From positions 19,725 through 83,724 of the forward strand of contig QHTZ01000081.1 in the NCBI GenBank assembly GCA_003221005.1: a DNA stretch of 64,000 nt, read 5' to 3'. The position numbers and the translations under genes were made by a program. The DNA comes from Gemmatimonadota bacterium. GTDB lineage: Bacteria; Gemmatimonadota; Gemmatimonadetes; Gemmatimonadales; GWC2-71-9. Under the pieces are notes generated by a model. The model ran no database searches and was not told where the DNA came from. It saw nothing but the letters and a program-made list of their open reading frames with translations. Positions within the stretch are counted from its first letter, which is position 1; the number at the start of each line of letters is the position of its first letter. This document shows, in pieces, positions 1-9,871 of the stretch.

Positions 1-308
1 CCCCCGCCGATCGCGATGACGGCGCCCGCCGCGCGCACCAGGAGCGCGTTGCGCATCTCACCCATTCCCGTGGCGAGCGCGATGTCGATGTGCGGATTCG
101 CGTCCCTCGGGTCGCTGCCCGCCAGGATGCCGATCGTCACACCGCCGGCTTGCTTCGCGCCGCGAGCGGACGCCTCCATCACCCCACCGTAGCCCCCGCA
201 TACTAGCACCGCTCCCCGCTCCGCGAGCAGCCGCCCCACGGCCACGGCCCATTCCGCTTCTTCGGTGCTGCACGAGCTCCCGCCGACGACGGCGATCAAT
301 GGCTTCAC
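1..308 (-). CDS. TIGR00725/LOG-like Rossmann-fold protein (N-terminal 102 aa in window; C-terminus runs off the left edge)
   Basis: Hand translation from GTG at 308: VKPLIAVVGGSSCSTEEAEWAVAVGRLLAERGAVLVCGGYGGVMEASARGAKQAGGVTIGILAGS.... It is open to position 1. GTGA overlap with the glpK stop (305-308). Not in the ORF track because no stop lies in the window. Confidence 0.55.
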   Translation of the reverse strand, partial: MKPLIAVVGGSSCSTEEAEWAVAVGRLLAERGAVLVCGGYGGVMEASARGAKQAGGVTIGILAGSDPRDANPHIDIALATGMGEMRNALLVRAAGAVIAIGG

Positions 309-1801
309 CGTCGTCCCGCCCCCCCCGCCCCCGCCCAGTGGAGCGCGGCGTCCACGGCGCGACGCCACTCCACTGCGCCGGCGCGCACAGCCGCAGCTCG
401 CTCGCCGGGGACAAAGCGGCGGAACGTACGGCCGCTCAAGAATTGGTTCGGCCCCTGCCACACACCGGCGGCGAGACCGGCCAGCGCCGCGGCGCCAAGC
501 GCGGTCGTCTCGACCACGTCGGGCCGCGCCACCGGCACGCCGAGCAGGTCCGCCTGGAACTGCATCAGCCAGTCGTTCGCCGCGGCGCCCCCATCCACCT
601 GGAGCGCTGCGAGCCGCAGGTCGGCGTCGCCGGTCATCGCGTCGAGCACCTCCTTGGTGCCGAACGCCATCGCTTCGAGCGCCGCCCGGACGAGATGCGC
701 GCGCGTCGTGCCGCGCGTGAGTCCCACGATCGTACCGCGGGCGTTCGGCTCCCAGTGCGGCGCGCCGAGCCCTACGAAGGCGGGCACGAAGTACACGCCG
801 CCCGTGTCGGGAACCTCGCGCGCCAGGTGCTCGGATTCGGACGCCTGGGTGATCAGCTTGAGCCCGTCGCGCAGCCACTGGATCGCGGCCCCAGCGATGA
901 AGACGCTGCCCTCGAGCGCGTACACCGGCTCGCCCCGCGGCCCGCACGCGATCGTCGTGAGCAACCCGTGCTGCGACACGGCCCGGCGGTCGCCGGTGTT
1001 GAGGAGCAGGAAGGCGCCAGTGCCATACGTGTTCTTCGCCTGCCCTGGCTCCGTGCATCCCTGGCCGAATAGGGCCGCCTGCTGGTCGCCTGCGACGCCG
1101 CAGATCGGCAACTCGGCGCCCAGGTGCCGCGCCTCGCACGTCCCGAACATGCCGCTCGACGCGCGGACGTCCGGTAGCGCGGCCCGCGGCACCCCGAAGA
1201 GCCGCAACAGGTCTTCGTCCCACGTGCGTGCTTCGATGTTGTAGAGCATGGTACGCGAGGCGTTGGTGTGATCGGTCAGGTACGCCTTGCCGCCCGTCAG
1301 CCGGAACAACAGCCAGGTGTCCATCGTCCCGAACACCACTTCACCCGCGCGCACGCGGGCCGCGAGCCCCGGGACGTGCTGGAGCAGCCACTCGATCTTC
1401 GTCGCCGAGAAGTAGGGATCGAGCACCAGCCCGGTGCGCTCGCGGACCAGCTTCGCCTGACGGTCCCGGGCCAGCTCCTGGCAGCGCGGCGCCGTGCGGC
1501 GGTCCTGCCAGACGAGCGCCCGATGCACCGCCCGTCCGGTGTCGCGCTCCCAGGCGCAAACGGTCTCGCGCTGATTCGTGATGCCGAGGGCGGCCGGCAC
1601 GACCTTCGCCTGCGCCAGCGCCTCCCGCGCGGCGGTGACGGTCGCTGCGAGGATCTCCTCCGCATCGTGCTCGACCTGCCCCGGCGCAGGGAAGTATTGC
1701 GGGATCTCGCGGTAGCCGCGCCCCAGCACCCGGCCGTCGGCTGCCACGACGAGCGCCGTCGAGCCGGTGGTTCCCTGATCGATGGCAAGGACGGCGGTCA
1801 T
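305..1801 (-). CDS. glpK: glycerol kinase
   Basis: Internal ATG at 1801 of track ORF 305..2722. MTAVLAIDQGTTGST, NQRETVCAWE, GDQQAALFGQ, TYGTGAF and DGGAAANDWLMQFQADLLG are FGGY/GlpK hallmarks. About 498 aa. The upstream ~300 aa of the track ORF is shadow sequence. Confidence 0.95.
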   Translation of the reverse strand: MTAVLAIDQGTTGSTALVVAADGRVLGRGYREIPQYFPAPGQVEHDAEEILAATVTAAREALAQAKVVPAALGITNQRETVCAWERDTGRAVHRALVWQDRRTAPRCQELARDRQAKLVRERTGLVLDPYFSATKIEWLLQHVPGLAARVRAGEVVFGTMDTWLLFRLTGGKAYLTDHTNASRTMLYNIEARTWDEDLLRLFGVPRAALPDVRASSGMFGTCEARHLGAELPICGVAGDQQAALFGQGCTEPGQAKNTYGTGAFLLLNTGDRRAVSQHGLLTTIACGPRGEPVYALEGSVFIAGAAIQWLRDGLKLITQASESEHLAREVPDTGGVYFVPAFVGLGAPHWEPNARGTIVGLTRGTTRAHLVRAALEAMAFGTKEVLDAMTGDADLRLAALQVDGGAAANDWLMQFQADLLGVPVARPDVVETTALGAAALAGLAAGVWQGPNQFLSGRTFRRFVPGERAAAVRAGAVEWRRAVDAALHWAGAGGAGRR

Positions 1802-1813
1802 GTGTGCGAAGGT

Positions 1814-1910
1814 AATGCGGAATTCGGAATGTGGAATGCGGAATGTCAGTGGAGGGTCGAACGGTTCGAGAAGCCTCCCCTGCAGTTCCGCATTCCGCAT
1901 TTCGCATTCT
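1814..1910. repeat. inverted heptamer-array repeat (AATGCGG / CCGCATT) in the divergent glpK/crotonase gap
   Basis: AATGCGG AATTCGG AATGTGG AATGCGG AATG (1814-1845). Centre with nested palindrome TCGAACgGTTCGA. Then CCGCATT CCGCATT TCGCATT (1888-1908). Confidence 0.85.
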
Positions 1911-1927
1911 CTACTTAGGATTGCTAC

Positions 1928-2710
1928 ATGCCCTACGACACCCTCCTGTTCGACGTCCGCGACGGGATCGCGTTCGTCACGATCAACCGCCCCGACAAGC
2001 TGAACGCGCTGAACGATCGGGTCATAGACGAGCTGGCCGCTGCTGCGGAGCGCATCGCCGTTGAGAGCGACATCAAGGGCGCCATCATCACGGGCGCCGG
2101 CCAGAAGGCGTTCGTGGCCGGAGCTGACATTGCGGAGCTCTCTCAACAGGGGCCCTTCGATGGGAAGGCCCGGGCCTTGCGAGGTCAGTCGGTGCTGCGG
2201 CGCCTCGAGACCTGCGGCAAGCCGGTCCTCGCCGCGGTGAACGGCTTCGCCCTGGGCGGCGGATGCGAGCTCGCCATGGCGTGTCACCTGCGCGTCGCGA
2301 GCGAGAACGCGAAGTTTGGGCAGCCCGAGGTGAAGCTCGGGATCGCGCCGGGCTACGGCGGCACGCAGCGTCTCCCGCGGCTCGTGGGGAAAGGCATCGC
2401 GCTCCAGCTGATCCTCACGGGAGCGACGATCGACGCGCAGGAGGCCTATCGCATCGGTCTCGTGAACAAGGTGGTCCCCGCGGCCAGCCTCCTCGCCGAG
2501 ACGGAGGCGCTGCTCAGGGGTATCCTGTCCATGGGGCCGCTCGCCGTGCGGCTGGCGTTGGAGGCAGTCGAGCGGGGGCTCGACATGTCGCTCGACGAGG
2601 GCCTGCTGCTCGAAGCCAACCACTTCGGTCTGCTCGCCGCCACGCGGGACATGAAGGAGGGCCTGACGGCGTTCCTTGCGAAGCGCACGCCCACGTTCGA
2701 GGGGCGGTGA
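1928..2710 (+). CDS. enoyl-CoA hydratase/isomerase (crotonase family)
   Basis: 260 aa. FVTINRPDKLNALN, GAGQKAFVAGADI and NGFALGGGCELAMACHLRVA are typical crotonase oxyanion-hole segments. Confidence 0.9.
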   Translation: MPYDTLLFDVRDGIAFVTINRPDKLNALNDRVIDELAAAAERIAVESDIKGAIITGAGQKAFVAGADIAELSQQGPFDGKARALRGQSVLRRLETCGKPVLAAVNGFALGGGCELAMACHLRVASENAKFGQPEVKLGIAPGYGGTQRLPRLVGKGIALQLILTGATIDAQEAYRIGLVNKVVPAASLLAETEALLRGILSMGPLAVRLALEAVERGLDMSLDEGLLLEANHFGLLAATRDMKEGLTAFLAKRTPTFEGR

Positions 2711-3081
2711 AGGCGGCCGCACTACCGCTCCTCGTGACGGGGGGCGCGCTGCTGCTCGCCGGCTGCCTCAGCGAGCGACCCCGCCCTGCACCGCCGCAAC
2801 TCGCGATCGTCCTGTCGAAGAAGACGGTCCACTCCCCCGACACGCTCCGAGGAACGATGCACGCCGAAGACCCCGACGGTATCGACTCGGTGTGGCTCGC
2901 GGTCGGCGCTGGTCCTCCGCTGGCCCTAAACGGGCTGCTGGAGACGGCCTTCGACGCGCCGTTTGTCTTCCTGGTAGCGCGGGGATACCCGCCGGGCGAC
3001 CGCCTCCCGGTGAAGTTGAGCGCCCGGGACGTCGCGGGATTCAGGGGCGAGTTGGACACCATAGTCACGGTCACCCCGTAG
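2707..3081 (+). CDS. small lipoprotein, unknown function
   Basis: GTG at 2707 overlaps the crotonase TGA (GTGA). VKAAALPLLVTGGALLLAGC is a signal peptide with lipobox (LLAGC). It is the tail of track ORF 2263..3081. Confidence 0.5.
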   Translation: MKAAALPLLVTGGALLLAGCLSERPRPAPPQLAIVLSKKTVHSPDTLRGTMHAEDPDGIDSVWLAVGAGPPLALNGLLETAFDAPFVFLVARGYPPGDRLPVKLSARDVAGFRGELDTIVTVTP

Positions 3082-3101
3082 CCGCAACGACTTAGTAAGT
3101 C

Positions 3102-3130
3102 TTGACCTGACAATGACTTCTGTGTATTTT
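3102..3130 (+). promoter_or_regulatory. candidate sigma70-type promoter for dciA-gyrB
   Basis: TTGACC (3102-3107), 17-nt spacer, TATTTT (3125-3130), in an AT-richer gap after the lipoprotein stop. Confidence 0.35.
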
Positions 3131-3170
3131 GGGGGGGTTGTCTGGAGGGCTCTCGCGGCCTCGCCGCGGC

Positions 3171-3198
3171 GCGCCACGGGACGTCCCGTGGCGCTTTT
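3171..3198 (+). promoter_or_regulatory. perfect 24-bp palindrome followed by TTTT in the dciA-gyrB leader
   Basis: GCGCCACGGGAC/GTCCCGTGGCGC (3171-3194) is self-complementary, followed by TTTT (3195-3198). It is preceded by a second small hairpin, CGCGGC-ctc-GCCGCG (~3153-3167). Confidence 0.4.
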
Positions 3199-3213
3199 CG
3201 TAGGGGGTCCGCT

Positions 3214-3525
3214 GTGACCGAACGCCGACGCAACAAGCCGACGGCCGTCGGCGAAGTGCTGGAGGGTTACCTCGCCCGCTCCGGACTCGCGCCACGCCTC
3301 AAGCAGGCGCAGGTGGTCCCCCAATGGCCGCGGCTGGTGGGGCCGCAGATCGCGGCGGTCACCCAGCCCGAAAGCGTAGCCCCCGACGGCACCCTGTTCG
3401 TCCGCGTGGCGACGAGCGCCTGGATGAACGAGCTGCAGCTCATGACGCCCGAGATCATGGCCCGGGTCAACGCCGGCCGCGGAGCGGGCCGCATCCGTAC
3501 GATCCGTTGGCTTCTCACGCGCTAG
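3214..3525 (+). CDS. dciA: DUF721/DciA-like protein
   Basis: 103 aa, GTG start. WPRLVGPQIAAVTQP...GTLFVRVATSAWMNELQLMTPEIMARVN matches the DUF721 pattern. Position immediately upstream of gyrB is typical. Confidence 0.8.
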   Translation: MTERRRNKPTAVGEVLEGYLARSGLAPRLKQAQVVPQWPRLVGPQIAAVTQPESVAPDGTLFVRVATSAWMNELQLMTPEIMARVNAGRGAGRIRTIRWLLTR

Positions 3526-5696
<2,171 letters not shown>

Positions 5697-5812
5697 CCGC
5701 GGGTGATCCGGCTCACGCGCTCCCCCTGCCATCCCCCTCTTGACGCTGGAATCGCCAGTTATAACAGTAGGTAGTAAGAATCCGTCGGCAATTCGTTCTC
5801 CGAAGCACGTTA

Positions 5813-5856
5813 GGCCCCGTTGCGCCCGCGAACCGGCCAACGGGGCCGTTTATGTG
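5813..5856 (+). terminator. terminator-like hairpin between the gyrB unit and the sensor kinase
   Basis: GGCCCCGTT (5813-5821) pairs perfectly with AACGGGGCC (5839-5847). 17-nt loop, followed by GTTTATGTG. Confidence 0.4.
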
Positions 5857-5877
5857 CCCCTGAGCGAAGCGAGGCGC

Positions 5878-7719
5878 ATGGAGCCGCGGGCGGTAATCGA
5901 CAGCCTCGACGTGGGAGTGGCGGCGATCGCACCCGATTGGACGATCGTCGAATGGAGCGCGCCCGCCACCCGGATCACCGGACTGCGCGCCGACCAGGTG
6001 CTGGGGCGCAACTTCTGGACCGCCTTCCCCGGTGCCCGGGGGTCGAACGTCGAGCGCACGCTGCACGAAGTGCTGCTCGACGGCGAGCCCCGTACATACC
6101 TCACCTCGGCGCCCGTTCCCGAGCTCGCGAGTCGCGTCCTCGAGACCCGGGTGACGCGGGGTCCGCGGAACCACTTGGTGCTGCTGCTGCGGCATCTGCG
6201 CGACGAGCCGTCCGTGGACTCGCGCACAGGCCAGCTGCTCGCCGCTACCGAAGTGGAGCGCCGGCTGTATGCCCAGCTGTTCAGCGCCGTGCCGATCCCC
6301 GCCCTCATCGTGACCGCGGACGCTCAGATCCTCGACGCGAATCCGGCGGGTGGCGAGCTGTTGGGCGTGGCGGACACCCGGGCCCTGCGCGGGCGCTCGC
6401 TGGCCGACTGGGCGCCCCCGACCCAGCGCGCGGCGCTCGCCGGCGTGCTGCGCGACGCCATCACCAAGGCACAACGCGCGCGCTTGACAATCGAAGTGGG
6501 CGGGGAATCGCCCCGCGAAGTGGAGGCAGTGATCGAGAACCTGGAAGGCCGCGACAGCGACGCCAAGCTGCTGCTCCTGGCCGTCGACGTGTCGCGCGAG
6601 GTGCTGCTGCAGCGCAAGCTGCTGCAGTCGGACCGCCTGTCCCAGCTGGGGGCGCTCGTCTCGGGCGTGGCGCACGAGTTGAACAACCCGCTCGCCGCGA
6701 TCGCCGCCTTCGCCGAGGTGCTCAAGGTCGACGCGGCCACGGCCGATCAGCGCGAGAGTGCCGACGTCATCCACTTGGAGGCGATGCGCGCGGGGCGCGT
6801 GGTCCAGACGCTGCTCGACTTCGCGCGGCAGCGGCCGCGCGTGCGCCAGCCCGTGGACCTGAAGGACGTGGCCGACCGGGTGATCGCATTGCACAAGAGC
6901 GCGCTGCGCAAGGCTCGCGTGCAGGCGGTCGTCGTGATCGACGACAGCACGCCGGCGGTCATCGGTGACCCCCAGGAGCTCCAACAGGTGCTCCTCAATG
7001 CCGTGGTGAACGCGGAGCAAGCGATCGCCGCGCAGGGGCGCCCGGGCAAAGTGTTCATCACGGCCCGCCGCATGGAGGACCACGTGGTCCTGCTGGTCGA
7101 GGACACGGGCCCGGGAATCCCGCCGGAGATCCTGGACCGCGTGTTCGAGCCGTTCTTTACGACCAAAGGCGACGCCGGGACGGGCCTCGGCTTGGCCATC
7201 AGCTACGGGTTGGTCAAGGCGAGCGGCGGCCGCATGTATATCCACAACCTCGAAGGGGGCGGCGTGCGCCTCGGCATCGAGCTGCCCATCGATCCGGCGC
7301 AGGCCGCGCCCGCCACGGCCGGCGGGTTCAAGCGCGCCGAGCGGCCGCTGTCGGTGCTGGTGGTGGACGACGAGGAAAGCGTGCGCCGCGGGCTGATCCG
7401 CATGGCGGAACGGCTGGGCCACCGCGTGGCGAGCGCGCCGAGCTTCGCGGAAGCGATCCTCCAGCTGAAGGCCGCGGACGCGCGGTTTGACGCGCTGCTC
7501 CTCGACGTGCACCTGGACGAGGCGAACACCGGATTCGACCTGTTCGATACCCTGCGCCAGGAGGGACGCGGCCGCGAGCGCCACGTGATCTTCACCACCG
7601 GCGACTCGATGTCGGTCAAGACGCGCGACCTGCTCCAGCAGGCGGAGCGGCCGCTGCTCAAGAAGCCGTTCAACCTCGAGGAGCTGCGCGAGGTTTTGGA
7701 CCGGGTCGCGGGCGAGTGA
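5878..7719 (+). CDS. hybrid sensor histidine kinase (PAS-PAS-HisKA-HATPase-receiver)
   Basis: ATG at 5878 inside track ORF 5740..7719. H-box GVAHELNNPL. ATP lid EDTGPGIPPEILDRVFEPFFTTKGDAGTGLGLAISYGLV. C-terminal receiver VLVVDDEESVRRGL...LLLDVHLDE. Confidence 0.85.
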   Translation: MEPRAVIDSLDVGVAAIAPDWTIVEWSAPATRITGLRADQVLGRNFWTAFPGARGSNVERTLHEVLLDGEPRTYLTSAPVPELASRVLETRVTRGPRNHLVLLLRHLRDEPSVDSRTGQLLAATEVERRLYAQLFSAVPIPALIVTADAQILDANPAGGELLGVADTRALRGRSLADWAPPTQRAALAGVLRDAITKAQRARLTIEVGGESPREVEAVIENLEGRDSDAKLLLLAVDVSREVLLQRKLLQSDRLSQLGALVSGVAHELNNPLAAIAAFAEVLKVDAATADQRESADVIHLEAMRAGRVVQTLLDFARQRPRVRQPVDLKDVADRVIALHKSALRKARVQAVVVIDDSTPAVIGDPQELQQVLLNAVVNAEQAIAAQGRPGKVFITARRMEDHVVLLVEDTGPGIPPEILDRVFEPFFTTKGDAGTGLGLAISYGLVKASGGRMYIHNLEGGGVRLGIELPIDPAQAAPATAGGFKRAERPLSVLVVDDEESVRRGLIRMAERLGHRVASAPSFAEAILQLKAADARFDALLLDVHLDEANTGFDLFDTLRQEGRGRERHVIFTTGDSMSVKTRDLLQQAERPLLKKPFNLEELREVLDRVAGE

Positions 7720-9043
7720 GGTCCTCGACGCCGCTCTTGGTCACGCGGTGGGAGACGAGGGGCAGCGGCGGTTCGGCGAGGCGGTCCACGATCACGATCG
7801 CGCGCCCGAGCGCCTCGTACGCCAGCTCGACACCGCTCGCATCCCGCGCGTAGACCGAGGCGATCGGCTCTCCCGCCAGCACCTTGTCGCCGGGCTTCGC
7901 CGAGATGACGAATCCGACCGTCGGATCCACAGCATCCTCCACCTTGAGGCGGCCACCCCCCATCGCGACGACCGCCCTCCCGATCGTCCGCGGCTCGATC
8001 CGTGCGATGACGCCCGTGGCGGCGGCGGCATAGACCTCCACTGCCTGGGCCTGGGGGAGCACGGCAGGGTCCTCCACGACCCGCGGATTCCCCCCCTGGG
8101 CTTCGATCAGCTGCTCGAACTTTTCGGCGGCGAGCCCGGAGCCGAGCGCGCCCTCGAGCTTCTTGCGCGCCTTGGAGGTGGTGCGCTCGACTCCGGCCGC
8201 GAGGAGCATCTCCACGCCCAGCGCGTAGGTCACCTCCATGAGGTCGGGCGGTCCCTCGCCCCGCAGAGCAAGAATCGCTTCCTCGGTCTCGAGCGCGTTG
8301 CCGCAGGCGCGCCCCAGAGGCCGGTCCATCGCGGTGAGCAGCGCTACCGTCGGGCACCCCCGGTCCTCACCGAGGGCGATCATGGTGCGCGCGAGCTCGA
8401 GGCCGTCCTTCAGGTCGGGCAGAAAGGCACCGCTGCCGTGCTTCACGTCGAGCACCAGCGCGGTCAGCCCCTCAGCGAGTTTCTTCGACATGATGCTCGC
8501 CGCGATGAGGGGAATCGCTTCCACGGTGCCCGTCACGTCGCGCAGGGCGTAGAGCCGCCGGTCGGCCGGCGCGATCTCCGGGGTCTGGCCGATCATCGCG
8601 CACCCGAGCCGCTGCACCTGCTGCTTCGTCTCCGCGAGGGAGAGCACGGTGCGGAACCCGGGTATCGCTTCGAGCTTGTCGAGGGTACCACCCGTGTGGC
8701 CCAGGCCCCGGCCCGACATCATCGGCACCGCGACGCCGCACGCGGCGACGAGCGGCGCGAGCACGAGCGAAACCTTGTCGCCCACACCGCCCGTCGAATG
8801 CTTGTCGACGCGCGGCGTCGCCCAGTCGTCGAAGCTCAGTCGCTGGCCGGAGGCGAGCATGGCATCGGTGAGGGCGGCGAGCTCCTGGCGCTCGAGGCCG
8901 CGGAACACCACCGCCATCAGGAGCGCCGCCATCTGATAGTCGGGGACTCCGCCCTCGGTGTAGGCGGCGATGAGCGCCGACCACTCCTCCGGCGTGAGGG
9001 AGCCGCCGTCCCGCTTGCGCTCGATCATGGGCACGACCAACAT
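7670..9043 (-). CDS. deoA: thymidine/pyrimidine-nucleoside phosphorylase
   Basis: 457 aa. DYQMAALLMAVVFRGL, VDKHSTGGVGDKVSLVLAPLVAACG and HTGGTLDKLEAIPG. An alternative ATG lies at 9028. Confidence 0.9.
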   Translation of the reverse strand: MLVVPMIERKRDGGSLTPEEWSALIAAYTEGGVPDYQMAALLMAVVFRGLERQELAALTDAMLASGQRLSFDDWATPRVDKHSTGGVGDKVSLVLAPLVAACGVAVPMMSGRGLGHTGGTLDKLEAIPGFRTVLSLAETKQQVQRLGCAMIGQTPEIAPADRRLYALRDVTGTVEAIPLIAASIMSKKLAEGLTALVLDVKHGSGAFLPDLKDGLELARTMIALGEDRGCPTVALLTAMDRPLGRACGNALETEEAILALRGEGPPDLMEVTYALGVEMLLAAGVERTTSKARKKLEGALGSGLAAEKFEQLIEAQGGNPRVVEDPAVLPQAQAVEVYAAAATGVIARIEPRTIGRAVVAMGGGRLKVEDAVDPTVGFVISAKPGDKVLAGEPIASVYARDASGVELAYEALGRAIVIVDRLAEPPLPLVSHRVTKSGVEDLTRPRPGPKPRAAPRG

Positions 9044-9073
9044 TACGAGCCCGCTCCCAGGTGGAGTTTAGAA

Positions 9074-9871
9074 ATGCGCGGCATGACGGCTCTGCTGATC
9101 CCCTTCCTCGCGGTGCGCCTGGTGGCGGCGCAGACCCAGTCCGTCGCTTCCGAGATTGCGCGGGGCGACAGCTTCCACGTGGCCCTCCAACCCGACAAAG
9201 CGCTGGTCCACTACCGCGCCGCCCTGGCCCTCGACTCCGCCAACTACGGGGCCCTGTGGAAGGCGTCGCGCGCCACCGTGGACGTCGCGAAGCAGCTCGA
9301 AGGCGACGCGAGCGCGCTCAAGCGGCGGCGCGACAGCCTGTACGTGCAGGCGCGGGCCCTCGCGGAAGCGGCGGTGCGCGCGAACCCCAACGGCGCGCAG
9401 GGGCACTCGATGATCGCCCAGTCCCTCGGGCGACTGTCGCGCACCCGCGGCGGCAAAGAGCGGGTCCGCTTCGCGAAGATGATCTACGACGAAGCCCAGC
9501 GCGCGATCGCGCTCGATTCCACGGACGACCTGGCCTACCACGTGCTCGGCGCCTGGCACGCCGAGGTGAAGCGACTGTCGGGCCTGCAGCGGTTCTTCGC
9601 CAAGACGCTCTTCGGGGCAGGCTTCATGGACATCGCGAACTGGAACGACGCGCAACGCTACCTCCAGCACGCGGTCGCGCTCAACCCCCGGCACATATTC
9701 CATCGCCTCGAGCTCGCCGAGATCTACGTGGACGTCGGCAAATACTCGCTGGCGCGGGAGCAGCTGCGGGCGCTTCACGACCTCCCCATCGCGGACGTCC
9801 TCGATCACGAGTACAAGACCCGAGCGGCGACGCTGCTCGACGACATCAAGAACGAGAAAGACGAAACCTAG
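9074..9871 (+). CDS. secreted TPR-like (RMD-type) helical repeat protein
   Basis: ATG at 9074 inside track ORF 7748..9871. Signal-like MRGMTALLIPFLAVRLVAAQ, then helical repeats (ALVHYRAALALDSANYGALWKASRA...). Confidence 0.6.
   Translation: MRGMTALLIPFLAVRLVAAQTQSVASEIARGDSFHVALQPDKALVHYRAALALDSANYGALWKASRATVDVAKQLEGDASALKRRRDSLYVQARALAEAAVRANPNGAQGHSMIAQSLGRLSRTRGGKERVRFAKMIYDEAQRAIALDSTDDLAYHVLGAWHAEVKRLSGLQRFFAKTLFGAGFMDIANWNDAQRYLQHAVALNPRHIFHRLELAEIYVDVGKYSLAREQLRALHDLPIADVLDHEYKTRAATLLDDIKNEKDET

Noticed and set aside
1855-1875. tRNA T-arm-like GGTTCGA in the loop of the 1814-1910 repeat
   Set aside because: No acceptor, D or anticodon arms can be drawn around it. It is simply half of the TCGAAC-g-GTTCGA palindrome.
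305-2722. 805-aa ORF reported as a single minus-strand protein
   Set aside because: Only 305-1801 is glycerol kinase. The N-terminal ~300 aa crosses the repeat-filled intergenic region and runs antisense to the crotonase gene.
5740-5767. TTGACG...TATAAC as a sigma70 promoter for the kinase
   Set aside because: Spacing to the best -10-like hexamer is 14 nt. Hexamers at 16-18 nt spacing match the consensus poorly. It is mentioned only as context.
5713-7584. 623-aa ORF on the minus strand
   Set aside because: Antisense to the sensor kinase, with the same shadow-ORF composition and no motifs.
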